A stretch of DNA of 64,000 nucleotides, from positions 68,882,001 through 68,946,000 of the forward strand of contig OX597823.1 in the NCBI GenBank assembly GCA_951406725.2, read 5' to 3'. The notes under the pieces are model-generated. The model did no database searches, was not told the origin of the DNA, and worked only from the letters and a program-made list of their open reading frames with translations. Both the position numbers and the translations under genes were made by a program. Each line of letters starts with the position of its first letter. Within the stretch, counting starts at the first letter, position 1. Origin of the DNA: Octopus vulgaris (Eukaryota). Below, piece after piece: positions 26,041-38,928 of the stretch.

Positions 26041-27126
26041 TACAGCTTTTAACTGTGAAATTCAAGTGGCAAAGTATGAAAGTCTATGGTAAAGACCCTT
26101 GCTCGGAGTTCTGCATTGTGGGAATGAACTCAGAACCAAGTGAACGTGAAGCAAACTTCTAAACCATTTGACCATCATTCCGGTACCCATTTATTTTGAA
26201 TTATTTACTACTGAAGGCAATAACTAGAACATTAAAGATTGAGAATACTGAGCATGAAAGCACTGGTGTTCTTTACATGGAATGCAATTGCAACTTTGAT
26301 ATGGCAATAAGTCTGTATGAAACAGGAATGGCAATGCAAACTTTCTATTATAAGCTGAACTGATTAGAAAGAACATTCAGTTGTATAATCGTGAAGGTAA
26401 AGAACAATGAATGCATTAGATTGAATCTTACAGAAATAAACGGAAAAAAAAAAAAGTCCCATAACTCTTAATGATGAATCATTGTGTTAACAAAAGATTT
26501 TACTTCATGTAGTCAGTTGAGGGCAAGTCGGTCAACCAGAATCCATTCCTTTTTATGTTATTCACTTGCTAAAATCATGCATAGAAAGAGTAATTAAAAG
26601 GGAATGTGCAGTTTCAGCTCATTGGAGTTTTACCATCATTCTGTGATATTGAAAAGAACAGAGCAGCTCAATAAAAGAGCAAATGATGGAGTAAGGGAAA
26701 ATAAATATGCAGCTTTAGATCATCTATTGCTTTCTATCATTCTATGGTATTGAAAAACGACAGTTATGACAGAGTAACGAAATTATTATGTTATCCTAAA
26801 AAGTGGATGGCTACCATGAGTGACAGAGAAATGTAAATAAATTCATTCAGTTATTTGTTTTACATCCATTTTTCCTTGCTAGTATGGGTTAGATGAATAC
26901 ATATTACTGAGGTATTGTTTTACAGCTGGACGCCCCCTTCCTGTAACCTATTTTTCAAACAAGGTAGTTGTATTCCACATGTCTTCAAAAGCACAGTAAA
27001 AGTGGACAACATGTTGATAGAAAAAGACATCAAATGTCACCATTTGTTACAGTACTTTACATGCAAAGGGTAGATTGTAATTGCTCACACACACATACAC
27101 ACATATGTTTGCATATATGTGTGTAT

Positions 27127-27291
27127 AGGCATAGGAGTGGCTTCGTGGTAAGTAGCTTGCTACGAACTACATGGTTCCGGGTTCAGTCCTACTGTGTGGC
27201 ACCTTGGGCAAGTGTCTTCTACTATAGCTTCAGGCCAACCAAAGCTTTCTGAGTGGATTTTGTAGACGGAAACTGAAACAAGCCCGTCGTA

Positions 27292-27360
<69 letters not shown>

Positions 27361-27568
27361 ATGTGCTTGTGTGTCTGTGTTTGTCCCCCCAACATTGCTT
27401 GACAACTGATACTGGTGTGTTTACGTCCCCGTAACTTAGCAGTTCATCAAAAGAGAATGATAGAAGAGACTGATACAATGAGTCCTGGGGTTGATTTGCT
27501 CGACTAAATGTGGTGCTCCAGCATGGCCACAGTCAAATGACTGAAACAAGTAAAAGAGTAAAAGAGAA
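27127..27568 (+). mobile_element. SINE family A, full length
   Basis: Head, internal (TA)n(TG)n, (aagagta)n tail. Confidence 0.9.
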
Positions 27569-28562
27569 TATATGAGGGCTTCAAATTCACTCACAAGGGA
27601 TCAAGTGGCACTGTTCTACAGTAGAAGATAGTTACCAGAGATGCCATGCAATAGGATTGAACTTGAAACCACATGAGTGAAAAGTGAACTCTTTAACCAC
27701 ATAATTATGTCTGCTCCTACTCAAATAAAGTAATAGTAAATAAATTATAATTTTTCAGTTGGAGCAGAGTTAAAGAGGCTGAGATATTAAAAAGAAACAT
27801 CTTTTTTTAAATTTTCTTATTCATCAGAACCACAGAGGTAGAAAATTCTAAGATTAAGGCACAGGACTACTAACTGCTTTAATCATAATTTTGTCTCCTA
27901 AGATGATATACATAACTCAACTTATCTCTCTAAGCCTGACTGATAACAAGCTCCATTTTTATTACCAGTTACAGTAATTAACTAACCACTGAAGTTAAAT
28001 ATCCAAAGCTGAGTGCAGACATTCTACCCATTCTTGAATAGAGAAATGAATCTAATGAATCTAAATCTAAAACAAACAAAAATTCTATCAAATTGTCAAC
28101 TAGTCTTATATTATAATTCTATTAAACATCCAGGATGCATTATAGAACAGTAATGCTCTTATATTGCTTCTGACATGTTTTGAATATTCTTAAAATATTA
28201 GGTATACCTGAAAAGATTAGCATTTCTATTTCTTTTTCTTGTCTTTCATTTAACTAACTCACTGCTAAAGCTACTCTCATGGGATCATAGATAATCAAAC
28301 TGACTGACTAGCAGATAACTGACTGGATGAGAGATTGGCAGTTTGTTATCTTGTCAACAGCGTTGCATTGTGTTTTGGGGCCAAGACACTTAACTCTCAG
28401 ATGGTTAACTCCATTTCATAGTAAAGAGGTAACAAAAATGCTGTGTTTCACTATTGTCAGGAAGCAGCAATGCTGGAAAACTTTGTAGTTCTCTTCAACT
28501 CCTCCCATGGATTATAGCCTACAGAAACTTGGGATTTGCTGTCTGACTTGGTATAATTATGC

Positions 28563-28709
28563 ATGAAGAAAAATCAATTGGTAGTGTACCAACGAACCAA
28601 AGAATTATGAGATGAAGAAAAATTAATTGATAGTGTACTAACAAAGGAAGAATAATGAGATGAAGAAAAATTAATTGATAGTTTACCAACAAACCAAAGA
28701 ATTATGAGA
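28563..28709. repeat. ~49-bp tandem repeat x3
   Basis: atgaagaaaaatt/caattga/gtagt...aagaattatgag repeated three times. Confidence 0.85.
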
Positions 28710-29082
28710 CACCTTCAATTCTCTTGTTGAATGTTTTCCATATTTAATTCAATTAATAAGTTGTCTCACTGCTCAATTTCTTCTTTAAGGATTATTATGA
28801 TTCCAACATAAAGCCAGTTGCAATAAAAATATTTATTAAAGTCTATTCAAATGCATCTAATTATCTATGAAAGTCTGTCCATATGCAGATATCTATTTAT
28901 TAAAGTCCCTCCATAAATGTACATATATATATACCAGAGTAAGCACATAAATGCTTAACAAGGTGGAAAAAATGGTACTCGAATACCAGAGGTAGAGTAA
29001 TGTGTTTTATTAAAAAGCAGCAGAAATATCACAGAAACTGTTACTCAGAGTTTCACATTTGTTGGACAGTTTTGTTTAAACA

Positions 29083-29126
29083 AAACTGTCTGACGAACAG
29101 GAATGGGAAACTCTGAGTAACAGTTT
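29083..29126 (+). ncRNA. Minimal type-I hammerhead ribozyme
   Basis: aaactgt-CTGACGA-acaggaatgg-GAAAC-tctga-GTA-acagttt: 7-bp stem I, intact core boxes, stem III CTC/GAG, GUA cleavage triplet; stem II weak. Confidence 0.72.
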
Positions 29127-29189
29127 CTGTGATATTTCTGCTGCTTTTTAATAAAACATGTTTCTGTACCTCTGGTATTCGAGTAGTAT

Positions 29190-29307
<118 letters not shown>

Positions 29308-29371
29308 ATAGTACTCGAATACCAGAGGTACAGAAACATGTTTTATTAAAAAGCAGCAGAAATATCACAAA

Positions 29372-29415
29372 AAATTGTTACTCAGAGTTTCCCATTCCTG
29401 TTCGTCAGACAGTTT
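29372..29415 (-). ncRNA. Minimal type-I hammerhead ribozyme (mirror copy)
   Basis: Reverse complement aaactgt-CTGACGA-acaggaatgg-GAAAC-tctga-GTA-acaattt (one stem I mismatch). Confidence 0.68.
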
Positions 29416-30349
29416 TGTTTAAACAAAACTGTCCAACAAATGTGAAACTCTGAGTAACAGTTTCTGTGATATTTCTGCTGCTTTTTAATAAAACACATTA
29501 CTCTACCTCTAGTATTCGAGTACCATTTTTTCCACCTTGTTAAGCATTTATGTGCTTACTCTGGTATATATATATGTACATTTATGGAGGGACTTTAATA
29601 AATAGATATCTGCATATGTGTGTGTGTGTATGTTCAGATTGTCCTCGCACAGGGGCCATCTGGATTAGCCAAGCCATGCCAGCAAGGAAAACAGACGTTA
29701 AATGATGATGATGTGGGTATTTACGCATCTTTCTTCACTATCCAGGGATAAGTTGACAATCACTTGATGCTTTAAAAAACAATGTTACCAAACAATGTGA
29801 GTGAGCTGAGACAAACTGGAATCAGCTCTTAGCAAATTATAAGAATATTGATAGAACTCTGTACACAACCAATACTTCAGATTGTCAAAGGCTTTGTGTC
29901 TCACTTAGCTAATGTTTAGATAGAGTCTACTTCATCTTTCTCTAAGTTAATAAAATAAATGTTTGTAAAGTAATTACTGCATGAAAAACACTTATTAGCC
30001 GTTCAAAAAAGAAAAAAATGCTAACTTCATTCAAACATTTATCATCTGGTGTCAACATTTTTATCACAAGAATCACATCCTGATTTCAATGGCTAATATG
30101 TCTTTCACACTGTTTTAAGATACAGTCTCAGATTAAATCACATGCCAGATGAGTATATCTCTGAAACATTAGTAAAGTATTCAACATACTCTATACGCTT
30201 AATATTAAGATTATCTAAAACAAAATATTTATCCATAAAAAGAACTTAACATATACATACCTATCTAAAATATGATTGTCTAAATCAGCAACAGAACAAA
30301 ATTCAATACAAATAAATTTTGCTGTGGTTATTATTGTTTCTACTATTAA

Positions 30350-30742
30350 TCTCTCTCTATATAAAGGTGAAGTGGTCTGTGTATGGCAGGTTTGGTAGCC
30401 TTCAACTAATACTATCTCCTGCGAGACCCTGCAGCGCAAGTTGACCAAAATTGAAAGTATGATAGAAGAAGACTTGCTCTTTCTTCCGTAGAAGAAAAAA
30501 TTCAAATCGAACCATGTTAACACCAAAAATTATTTACATAAAAAAGGTGCTTTTTTTCTATGAAAATCCCTATTTTTTTACGATTTTTTGACTGCTGTGT
30601 CGCCATTTTTTAGTGTATTTCAACCAGAAAAATGTTCACTTAAAGAGAATAACAAGTTACATAATGCAATATTTTTACTTTTCAAAAATTCCAATTCTAA
30701 AGGGTCGAAACAAATCCGAGCAACGCCGGGCGATATTGCAAG
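30350..30742 (+). mobile_element. Non-autonomous Helitron (~390 bp)
   Basis: A|TC 5' start (tctctctctatataaa); 3' hairpin ccgagcaacgccggg then caag|T (CTAG-like). Confidence 0.72.
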
Positions 30743-30959
30743 TTTCTAATAGAAGCATAAAGCTACAGAATGTCCTCATTAGCAATCAGATTTTTCTGGA
30801 AATACACATATTAGACATGGTCAAAAGTTTCGCTTGTTTTGAGAGAAGTAATACTCATCAAATCTAAAGTTTTCACAGGGATGTCTTTGATCACAGGTCT
30901 GTTTTATTAGAGCAAACATTGAGATTAGCAACAATAATAACTATTAATATTTTGTCTGA

Positions 30960-31170
30960 TAAGAAGGTGTCAAGAATCATTAACATGCCAGGCAAAACGT
31001 TTAGCAGCAATCATCCATCTTTATGTTCTGAGTTTAAATTCCATTGAGGTCAACTTTGCCTTGCATCCTTTTGGGGTCAATAAAATAAGTACCAATTGAA
31101 CACTGAGGTCGATGTAATAGATTTAACTCCTCCCCTAAAATTGCTGGCTTTGTGCCAAAAATTTGAAACT
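30960..31170 (+). mobile_element. SINE family B
   Basis: Family consensus match. Confidence 0.78.
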
Positions 31171-32229
31171 AATATTTTGTCTGATAATCATAGACACAGA
31201 TAATACCAATATATTACTGATGCCTATTCAATTCATTGCAGATATATAGATTCACTGAAATATTATTTTGAATTCAGATTATTAATATACCAAACAAGAG
31301 ACAGTAAAATATCTATTCAAACATTATTTCATTCTGAACGTCCTGCTGCATGACATGACTTAATATTGGTTTCCTAAATGTTCCAGAAATTTAGTTGATG
31401 GAGGGCTATGGGAAGTTTTGATGCCCGTTAATTTCCCAAAGGCATCATCAGCTTAAGCAATCCTTTTAATACTAAACTGTCCATATTAAAGTATTTATAT
31501 TTAAGGTTCTTATTTGTTGCACTTTAAATTTAATGTTTTGAGCGGAAAAGTGGATATATCCACTCAAAATTTTATTGCCATTAACTGTGGAAAGTAGTTT
31601 TACCCCAGGGCTTTGAAAAAGAACAAAAAAAAAATCTCAAGTAACACTTTTTACGAAAGACAGTTTTACAGATTTTCTCAATTTTTTCCCTGTATTTCAT
31701 CAAATATCTCTTTACTGAGCAAGAATAAAATAATTTTAGCAGTGGATATGAAAACCGTACCTACAGGAGATCCTAAAAACATATTGCAGAAGCAGAGATT
31801 ATCAATTCTATTTTTTGGTGGGTGATTAGCACCATTATGGGAATGACTATGAAATTTAATTATGCAGCCAGTGTTAAATCCCATCAAGGTTGATTTTGCT
31901 TTCATCCTTTCGGGGTTAATGAAATGAAAAGAAAGTACCAATCCTGGTTGGTGATTAGTAGAACTATCTGACAAACACTGGGTCAGATACCTTGCATTAT
32001 TGGTTTTTACACTTTATATTCTCAGTTCAAATCCTTCCAAGGCTTATTTGAGTGGTAGACTTCCAGTGTCATCTAGGTTAACACTGTTACCTTACCCTTG
32101 AGTGCGTTTCAGTGGAATCCACTCTGATGCAAGCATTTGGGACAGGTTTCCAGTTTAAACCAACATCCTCCATCCCACTCATCTCAGAAGCCCTGTAATG
32201 GGTCATGAATATTGCTTTCTCTTGTATCT

Positions 32230-32636
32230 TTTAGTTGTTTCTGTCATTGGACTGTGGCCATGTTGAGGCATCACCTTGAAGCATTTAGTCACTCAAACCG
32301 ACCCCCAGTACTTATTTTTAAGCCTGATACTTATTCTATGAGACACTTTGGTCACTTTAGCTGAACCACTAGGTTACAGGGATGTAAACAAAACCAACAG
32401 TGGTTGTCAAGCAGTAGAGGGGGGGCACAAAGACAAACACATACACATACACAAACACACACACACACATATGATGGGCTTCCATACAGTTTCCATCTAA
32501 CAAGTTCACTTGCAAGGCATTGGCTGGCCTGGGGCTATAATAGAGCACACTTGACCAAAGTGCTGTGCAGTGGGACTGAACCTGAACCCATGTGTTTGCA
32601 AAGTAAGTTTCTTAATCTCACAGCTACACTTGCGCC
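32230..32636 (-). mobile_element. SINE family A
   Basis: Family consensus match. Confidence 0.82.
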
Positions 32637-33454
32637 TTTCTGAATAAAAAATACAAAAAAAGTAAACTTTCAGCTGAGATTTGAGTTAGTCAAAAGTTAG
32701 TCAACACCAATATAATATAATGTTACAAAATGTTCAACTAAACCCCTCCAAAATCTTGTTATATACGAAAATTAATGCAAACTTAGACAGTCTACTTGGA
32801 AGAATTATCAGGAAAGAAGTTAAATGAAGTGATTTGGCTTCAACTTGGAATTGCAACTATATAACATCTCCGTTTACTTAAATATATAAATGTCTGAATG
32901 TCTGACATGAGTTGTTGCTAAGAAGATTATAATTTGTTTTTGTTTTGCTTTTTTTTTTGGACGGATTAATATTGATGAATGTTTCATCTCTATAGATGAC
33001 GTTAATAGTCCAAAAAATTATAATCTTATTTCTGTGTACAGTTCTGTAAGCTTACCTCTTTAAATCGACAACATTCTCTATACTTTATGATTTTGGTGAA
33101 GATGACAAATTTGTTTTGGAATGATGGTAGTCTCTCGTAGAGTCTGAGAAAGACAGTTCTGCAATTTCTTATGAACAACCCGCGCAAAAGATTTATTTCT
33201 AGTGATTAAATGTTTGCGCAGTTCATTTGCTCTCCACCGCCATGGCAAATTGCTATTGCCTGAGCAGGTGCATTGTGTACCACCTGTCATGCGTCAGAGT
33301 GATTGTAGAGCAATGTGAGATGAAGTGTTTTGCTCAAGAACACAATGCACCACCTGGTACCATGATCTTAGAAATTGGCACCATGATCTCATGATCATGA
33401 GTGCAACACCCTAACCACCATGCCATGCACTCTTGCTGTTTGGTAATAGAGTAT

Positions 33455-33685
33455 GGCAGTGAGCTGGCAGAAACGTTAGTACACCGGGCGAAATGCGTAG
33501 CCGTATTTCGTCTGCCGTTACGTTCTGAGTTCAAATTCCGTCGAGGTCGACTTTGCCTTTCATCCTTTGGGGGTCGATTAAATAAGTACCAGTTATGCAC
33601 TGGGATCGATATAATCGACTTAATCCGTTTGTCTGTCCTTGTTTGTCCTCTCTGTGTTTAGCCCCTTGTGGGTAGTAAAGAAATA
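33455..33685 (+). mobile_element. SINE family B, young full-length copy with 13-bp TSD
   Basis: ggcagtgagctggcagaaacg head, gagttcaaattcc B box, gcctttcatcctt central motif; TSD ggtaatagagtat at 33442-33454 and 33686-33698. Confidence 0.92.
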
Positions 33686-35990
33686 GGTAATAGAGTATAG
33701 CTTATTAACAGTAACCCATTATGTAAGTTAGATGCCACTGTATGGTTTGATAACATATATCATGCTTTCACTAATTGTTTTGGGTTCATATGTTACTGTG
33801 ACAGATATAAATATTCTTTTGGACCTTCACTTCTGACTCAGTTGATCATCCAGGATGTGACTGATCGAGAGAGAGAGAAGAATACAGCAGTATCATAGTT
33901 GACACACATTACAGCCAATTAGACTGGTGCAAGGTGAAATAATGTGCCTTTCTCTAGGACAAAATGCACAACCTGCTCAAGAAATTGAACCCACTACCTT
34001 ATGATAATAAAATGAACACTCTAACAACTAGGCCACTAGTTTTCACACAAACCCCATTATATGTGTGAGATATATTATGTTCGCTTGTAAGGAAATACAA
34101 GGAAAAGTCAAACCTAGTGGGATTTGAACCCTGACTGTAAAGAAAGAAAACAAAATAGCTTAATAATTGAGGTAAAGTCAGTCAAATGAACTTCAGTATG
34201 TTACTGGTACTTAAATAATTTACCAACACTGGTGGAATTTGAACTTGAACATAAAGCACTATTAACTGAATACTGCAAGGAATTGTCTGGTACCATTTCC
34301 CACACCACCTCTATTTCTTTTGAACAGTGTTCAAAACAAACCAACAAGAGAGTCTCTTTGTAGTCACTCAACCTGCTAGAAATAGCAATCAGGTTGCTTT
34401 AAATAACATTTTAGCATCTTAAAAACTAAATGGTACAGATAATGCAATCACAAGCTGGCAAAAAAAAAAAAGACAATGTGGTCAGGACTTTTGATCATAG
34501 CATTATTTAATTGGTCCTTACCTGGAGTTAAACAAATCTCCTTCAAATATTAACTTACCATCTTAAAACAGAAACTTCAAAGAGAAAAGAGCAGAGACGA
34601 TGTTGTCATAGATAAACAGGATGGTCACAACTGAAAGAGCATTCATCATGGGTCTGACATGATCAAAACTGATCTAGTCTAAACAACGAAAGAGCTTAAA
34701 TAATAAACATGTTTTTTTTTATATTGTATTTAAGGAAGAATGAAGATTTTCTGTTTTTCTTTTTCATCTTACAAAATATCTGTTAGGACAGTAATAAATT
34801 AAGACTGGCATAAATATTAAAGAGGACTGTGATAAATGAAGGTATGCCTCTTCACAGACCCATCCAAGCTTGTGGTAGATTAGCAAAGCAGACACAATGA
34901 TGATGGTGATGATGATGATGACAACAACAACAATAACAATGATGATGATGATAACAAAGATGCCAATGGCAACAATGATGATGATGATGATGATGATGAC
35001 AAAGGTGTTAATAATTATATAGTGGTAATGGTGATGATGGGCATGAAGGTGTTTTTTCTCTTCATCAGAATAAAAATTATAATCATGATGATGATCATCA
35101 TCATAGCACAAAACTTTCCAGTCATAACATTTAAAATTACAATTTTCTTCATTTCCACTTGCTTTTGTTTATTGTTGAAATATTAAATGACTGAATCTTT
35201 AAATTAAATTACTGTCTTTTACAAAACATTATTTTTAGTTGCTTTTATATCCTCAGAGTTTCATTATCTTCTTGAAGAATGCTAAGATTAACTTAGTGAC
35301 AGCAGTCATTTGCACAATAAAACTAGTTTCACAATAAAATTTTACTGCTAAATTTGAATCAAAATATTGATGTAAAAGAATTTTAATTTCTTTTAATAAT
35401 TCTTTGAATATTTCAATAAACCCAGAATTTGAAAATATTTTGTAGATAAATTTGAACACCAAATTCTCTTTTGCATTTTGGTATCACTGAAATAGAAAGT
35501 TCTGTCAGATGAATTATCAAAATCAGTAGAGCATTAAACAAATTATTTTGTGGTAATTGGTTAGAGCCCTTTATATTCTGAGTTTAAATCCCACTACAGT
35601 CAGTCAACTTTGTTCTTCTTGCTTCTGGAATTTATAAAATAGATGACCAGTCAAGTACTGAGTGCAACTTAATCAACTGTATAATCATCCAAAGTTAATG
35701 TTAGAAATCAATGCTGTTGTACAGCCCAAAATTATGGATTCAAGGATTATTTCTGTGTCACATTGCATGAAATTATTACAAAGAGAGATGAGAAACTTGG
35801 TTGCTACATTTTTTTTTATTTATGAACACTCACATTTAATTATTTCACTTAACTTTATTTTAGCATGGCTGTTTATATTGAGGTATTAAGTAGCACCAAT
35901 GCAAATAGATATATGCTTCCCAAGCACAAGCAAAAAAAACAACAAAAAAACAGACACCGGTATGGTTGTGTGGTAAGAAGCTTGCTATAA

Positions 35991-36226
35991 GGCAGTGAGT
36001 TGGCAGAAACGTTAGCGTGCCAGCCAAAATGCTTAGCGGTATTTCATCTGCCATTACGTTCTGAGTTCAAATAACGCCAAGGTCAACTTTGCCTTTCATC
36101 CTCTCGGGGTCGATAAATAAAGTACCATTTATGCACTGGAGTCAATGTAATTGACTTAATCCCTTTGTCTGTCCTTGTTTGTCCCCTCTATGTTTGATTC
36201 CTTGTGGGCAATAAAGAAATAAGAAA
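35991..36226 (+). mobile_element. SINE family B inserted in the head of a family-A SINE (35958-36545)
   Basis: TSD taagaagcttgct at 35974-35986 and 36227-36239. Confidence 0.88.
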
Positions 36227-36805
36227 TAAGAAGCTTGCTTCTCAGCCACATGGTTCAGGGTTCAGTTCCACTGAATGGTACCTTGAACAGACCAACAAAA
36301 GCCTTGTGAGTGGATTTAGTTGATGGAAACTGAAAGAAGCCTGTCATATACATATCAATGTGTGTGTGTTTGTCTTTGTGTCTGTGTTTGGGTTAAACTC
36401 CCCATAACTTAGCAGTTTGGCAAAAGAGACTGATGGAATATGTACCAGGTTTAAAAAAGTGCTGGGAGCAATTCATTCAACTAAAACTTCTTCAAGGCAT
36501 TGCCCCAACATGGCCACCATCTAATAACTGAAACAAATAAAAGATAAAAATGCAAATTTTAGGGAAAAGGAAATAAAAAGACTGATGAGACCAAGCAACC
36601 AGACATACATAGAAAATATGAAAAAGAGAGCAAAGGAAAGTATGGTAAAATCAGCAACAACAACAGCAGGTCGCTGTGGTTATTGTCTTAATCTGCATTG
36701 CTAGTCATACTCCCAAGTTGCTGTAGTGAGGATGGTTGGAAAACTCAGTCCACTTTTGGGAACAAAATTCAGTGTCAACTTCACTATCTTGAAAAAATGA
36801 AGAGA

Positions 36806-36923
36806 ATGGTTCTGGGTTCAGTCCCACTGCATGACACCTTAGGCAAGTGTCTTTTACTATAGCCTCGGTCCAACCAAAGCCTTGTGAGTGGATTTGGTCG
36901 ATGGAAACTGAAAGAAGCTCGTC

Positions 36924-36966
<43 letters not shown>

Positions 36967-37440
36967 CAAAGTAAGCAACAAGAATATCTCCAGTACGATT
37001 GTTTCACACTACATCATTTCATTAAATATTGTAAATATTACAACAGTTTTAAAATGTTGTGCAATCATCAGCCATTTATAGAGGTTTCCCATTAATACAT
37101 AATTTTCATATTAATTGATAACATTATAGAGAAGGTAGATATATAGACAAAGATGTTGATTTGAATTTTAAGAACATTGAGGTAGTAGAGCTTATCTTAT
37201 GACTGAAGAGTTCTTTAAGTTATTGTGAACTGCTAGAAGGTTGCAAGGCACATTCAGTTGAAGGAGACAAAAGGGGTTTTCTATTTATAGAAATGGGGTT
37301 AAGAAAATGTCAGAAATTATTCATTAAGAAATAAAAGTGGAGAAGGAGTTATATTGATTATAATAACCCCATGGATTTATATCGATAACACCATACAAAG
37401 TTCTGGTGCATCTAACTTAAGTACCATATTCATCTGACTC

Positions 37441-37473
<33 letters not shown>

Positions 37474-37705
37474 GTATATGTGTGTGTATATGTTTGCGTG
37501 TTTGTGTTTGTCCGCCCAACATCGCTTGACAACCAATGCTGATGGTTTACGTCCCCGTAACTTAGCGGTTCCGCAAAAGAGACTGATAGAATAAGTACTA
37601 AGCTTACAAAGAATAAGTCCTGGGGTCCATGTGCTCGACTAAAGGCGGTGCTTCAGTATGGTCACAGTCAATTGACTAAAACAAGTAAAAGAGTAAAGAG
37701 TAAAG
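36806..37705 (+). mobile_element. SINE family A split by a ~480-bp insert in its (TA)n
   Basis: SINE halves at 36806-36924 and 37468-37705; insert 36965-37440 is bounded by (TA)n on both sides. Confidence 0.82.
36991..37074 (-). ncRNA. Hammerhead ribozyme candidate at the end of the (TA)n-embedded insert
   Basis: Minus strand tgg-CTGATGA-ttgcac...gtgt-GAAAC-aatc-GTA-ctg; stem I weak. Confidence 0.5.
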
Positions 37706-38195
37706 AGGGAGAAAGCAGGGATGGCAAACTGTCAGAGTCAGTAAAGGGTAAGAAAATCTCTCCAAAATAAAAGCTTATCCCGAGTTAAAGCAAGTGGAAT
37801 GTACAAAGAAGAGGGTCTTTTTCAGGGTGTGTTTTGCATGGTTGTGTAAAGCCAATGGAAAACCTCCAGTAAATTGATGAGAATGAACAGATTATTGGAG
37901 AGGTGGAAATGAGGTCAAATAAATTCAAGAGACATTTGAGCAATAGAGATTCATGAAAACCACAGTATTTAACCATGATAACCTAAAGCTAACCTATCTA
38001 GTGAACATGAAACAGTTCATGCCATGTCCAACGAAAACGTCTCATAGGCATCTTTTTATGCCCTAAGTTTCAATATGATGAATGTCATGTAACGAGAGAA
38101 AACAAACTGCAAGGAGAGACTAATTCCTATAATGTCACATTGAAATTTATAGTCCTCTACTTAAAAAAGAACAAACAAAATTGTTATTAGTATTA

Positions 38196-38263
<68 letters not shown>

Positions 38264-38665
38264 TATCTTTTACTTGTTTCAGCCACAAGACTTTGATCAG
38301 GCTGAGGCACCACCTTGAAGAATTTTCATTTGAATGAATCGACTTCAATTCTTATCTTTATAAAGTCTAGTACTTATTCTATTGATCACTTTTGCTGAAC
38401 CACTAAGTTACAGGGATGTAAACACACCAACGCCAGCTATCAAGCTGTGGTGATGGATAAACACAGACACAAACACAAAAACACAAATACATACGATGTT
38501 TCCATCTACCAGACCTACTCAGAAATCTTTAGTCAGCCTGAGGATATAGTAGAAGACACTTGCCCAAGATGCCATGCAGTGGGACTGAACCCAGACTCAT
38601 GTGGTCAAGAAGCACTTGCCCAAGGTGCTATGCAATTGGACTGAACCAGAACCACGTGGTTAAGA
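38264..38665 (-). mobile_element. SINE family A with duplicated head segment
   Basis: cacttgcccaag...ctgaacc occurs twice (38557-38650). Confidence 0.78.
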
Positions 38666-38928
38666 AGTAAATATGTGAGACAAAATGCTTAGTCTTTATG
38701 ACCTCTATTATCATTATCATTACTGTTATTATTATTATTATTATTATTACTTTTTTTTTTCTTCTTTCAAATTTTCTTCCATTTCTTGCCGAGTGTCTTC
38801 CCGACTCCTAGGGCAAAGAAACTCATAGTGTATATTGGTAGGCCATTAAACCAAACTCAGTAGTTCGTTCATTTTTTTTTTTATTTTTTTTTTAAAGTTA
38901 AATTAAAATACATGAGCAGCAACAGTTC

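Noticed and set aside
28563-28709. CRISPR-like regular repeats
   Set aside because: Head-to-tail units without unique spacers; eukaryotic context and no cas genes
31400-31770. Possible DNA transposon with agtggatatatccact palindrome
   Set aside because: Matching TIR pair and TSD could not be defined
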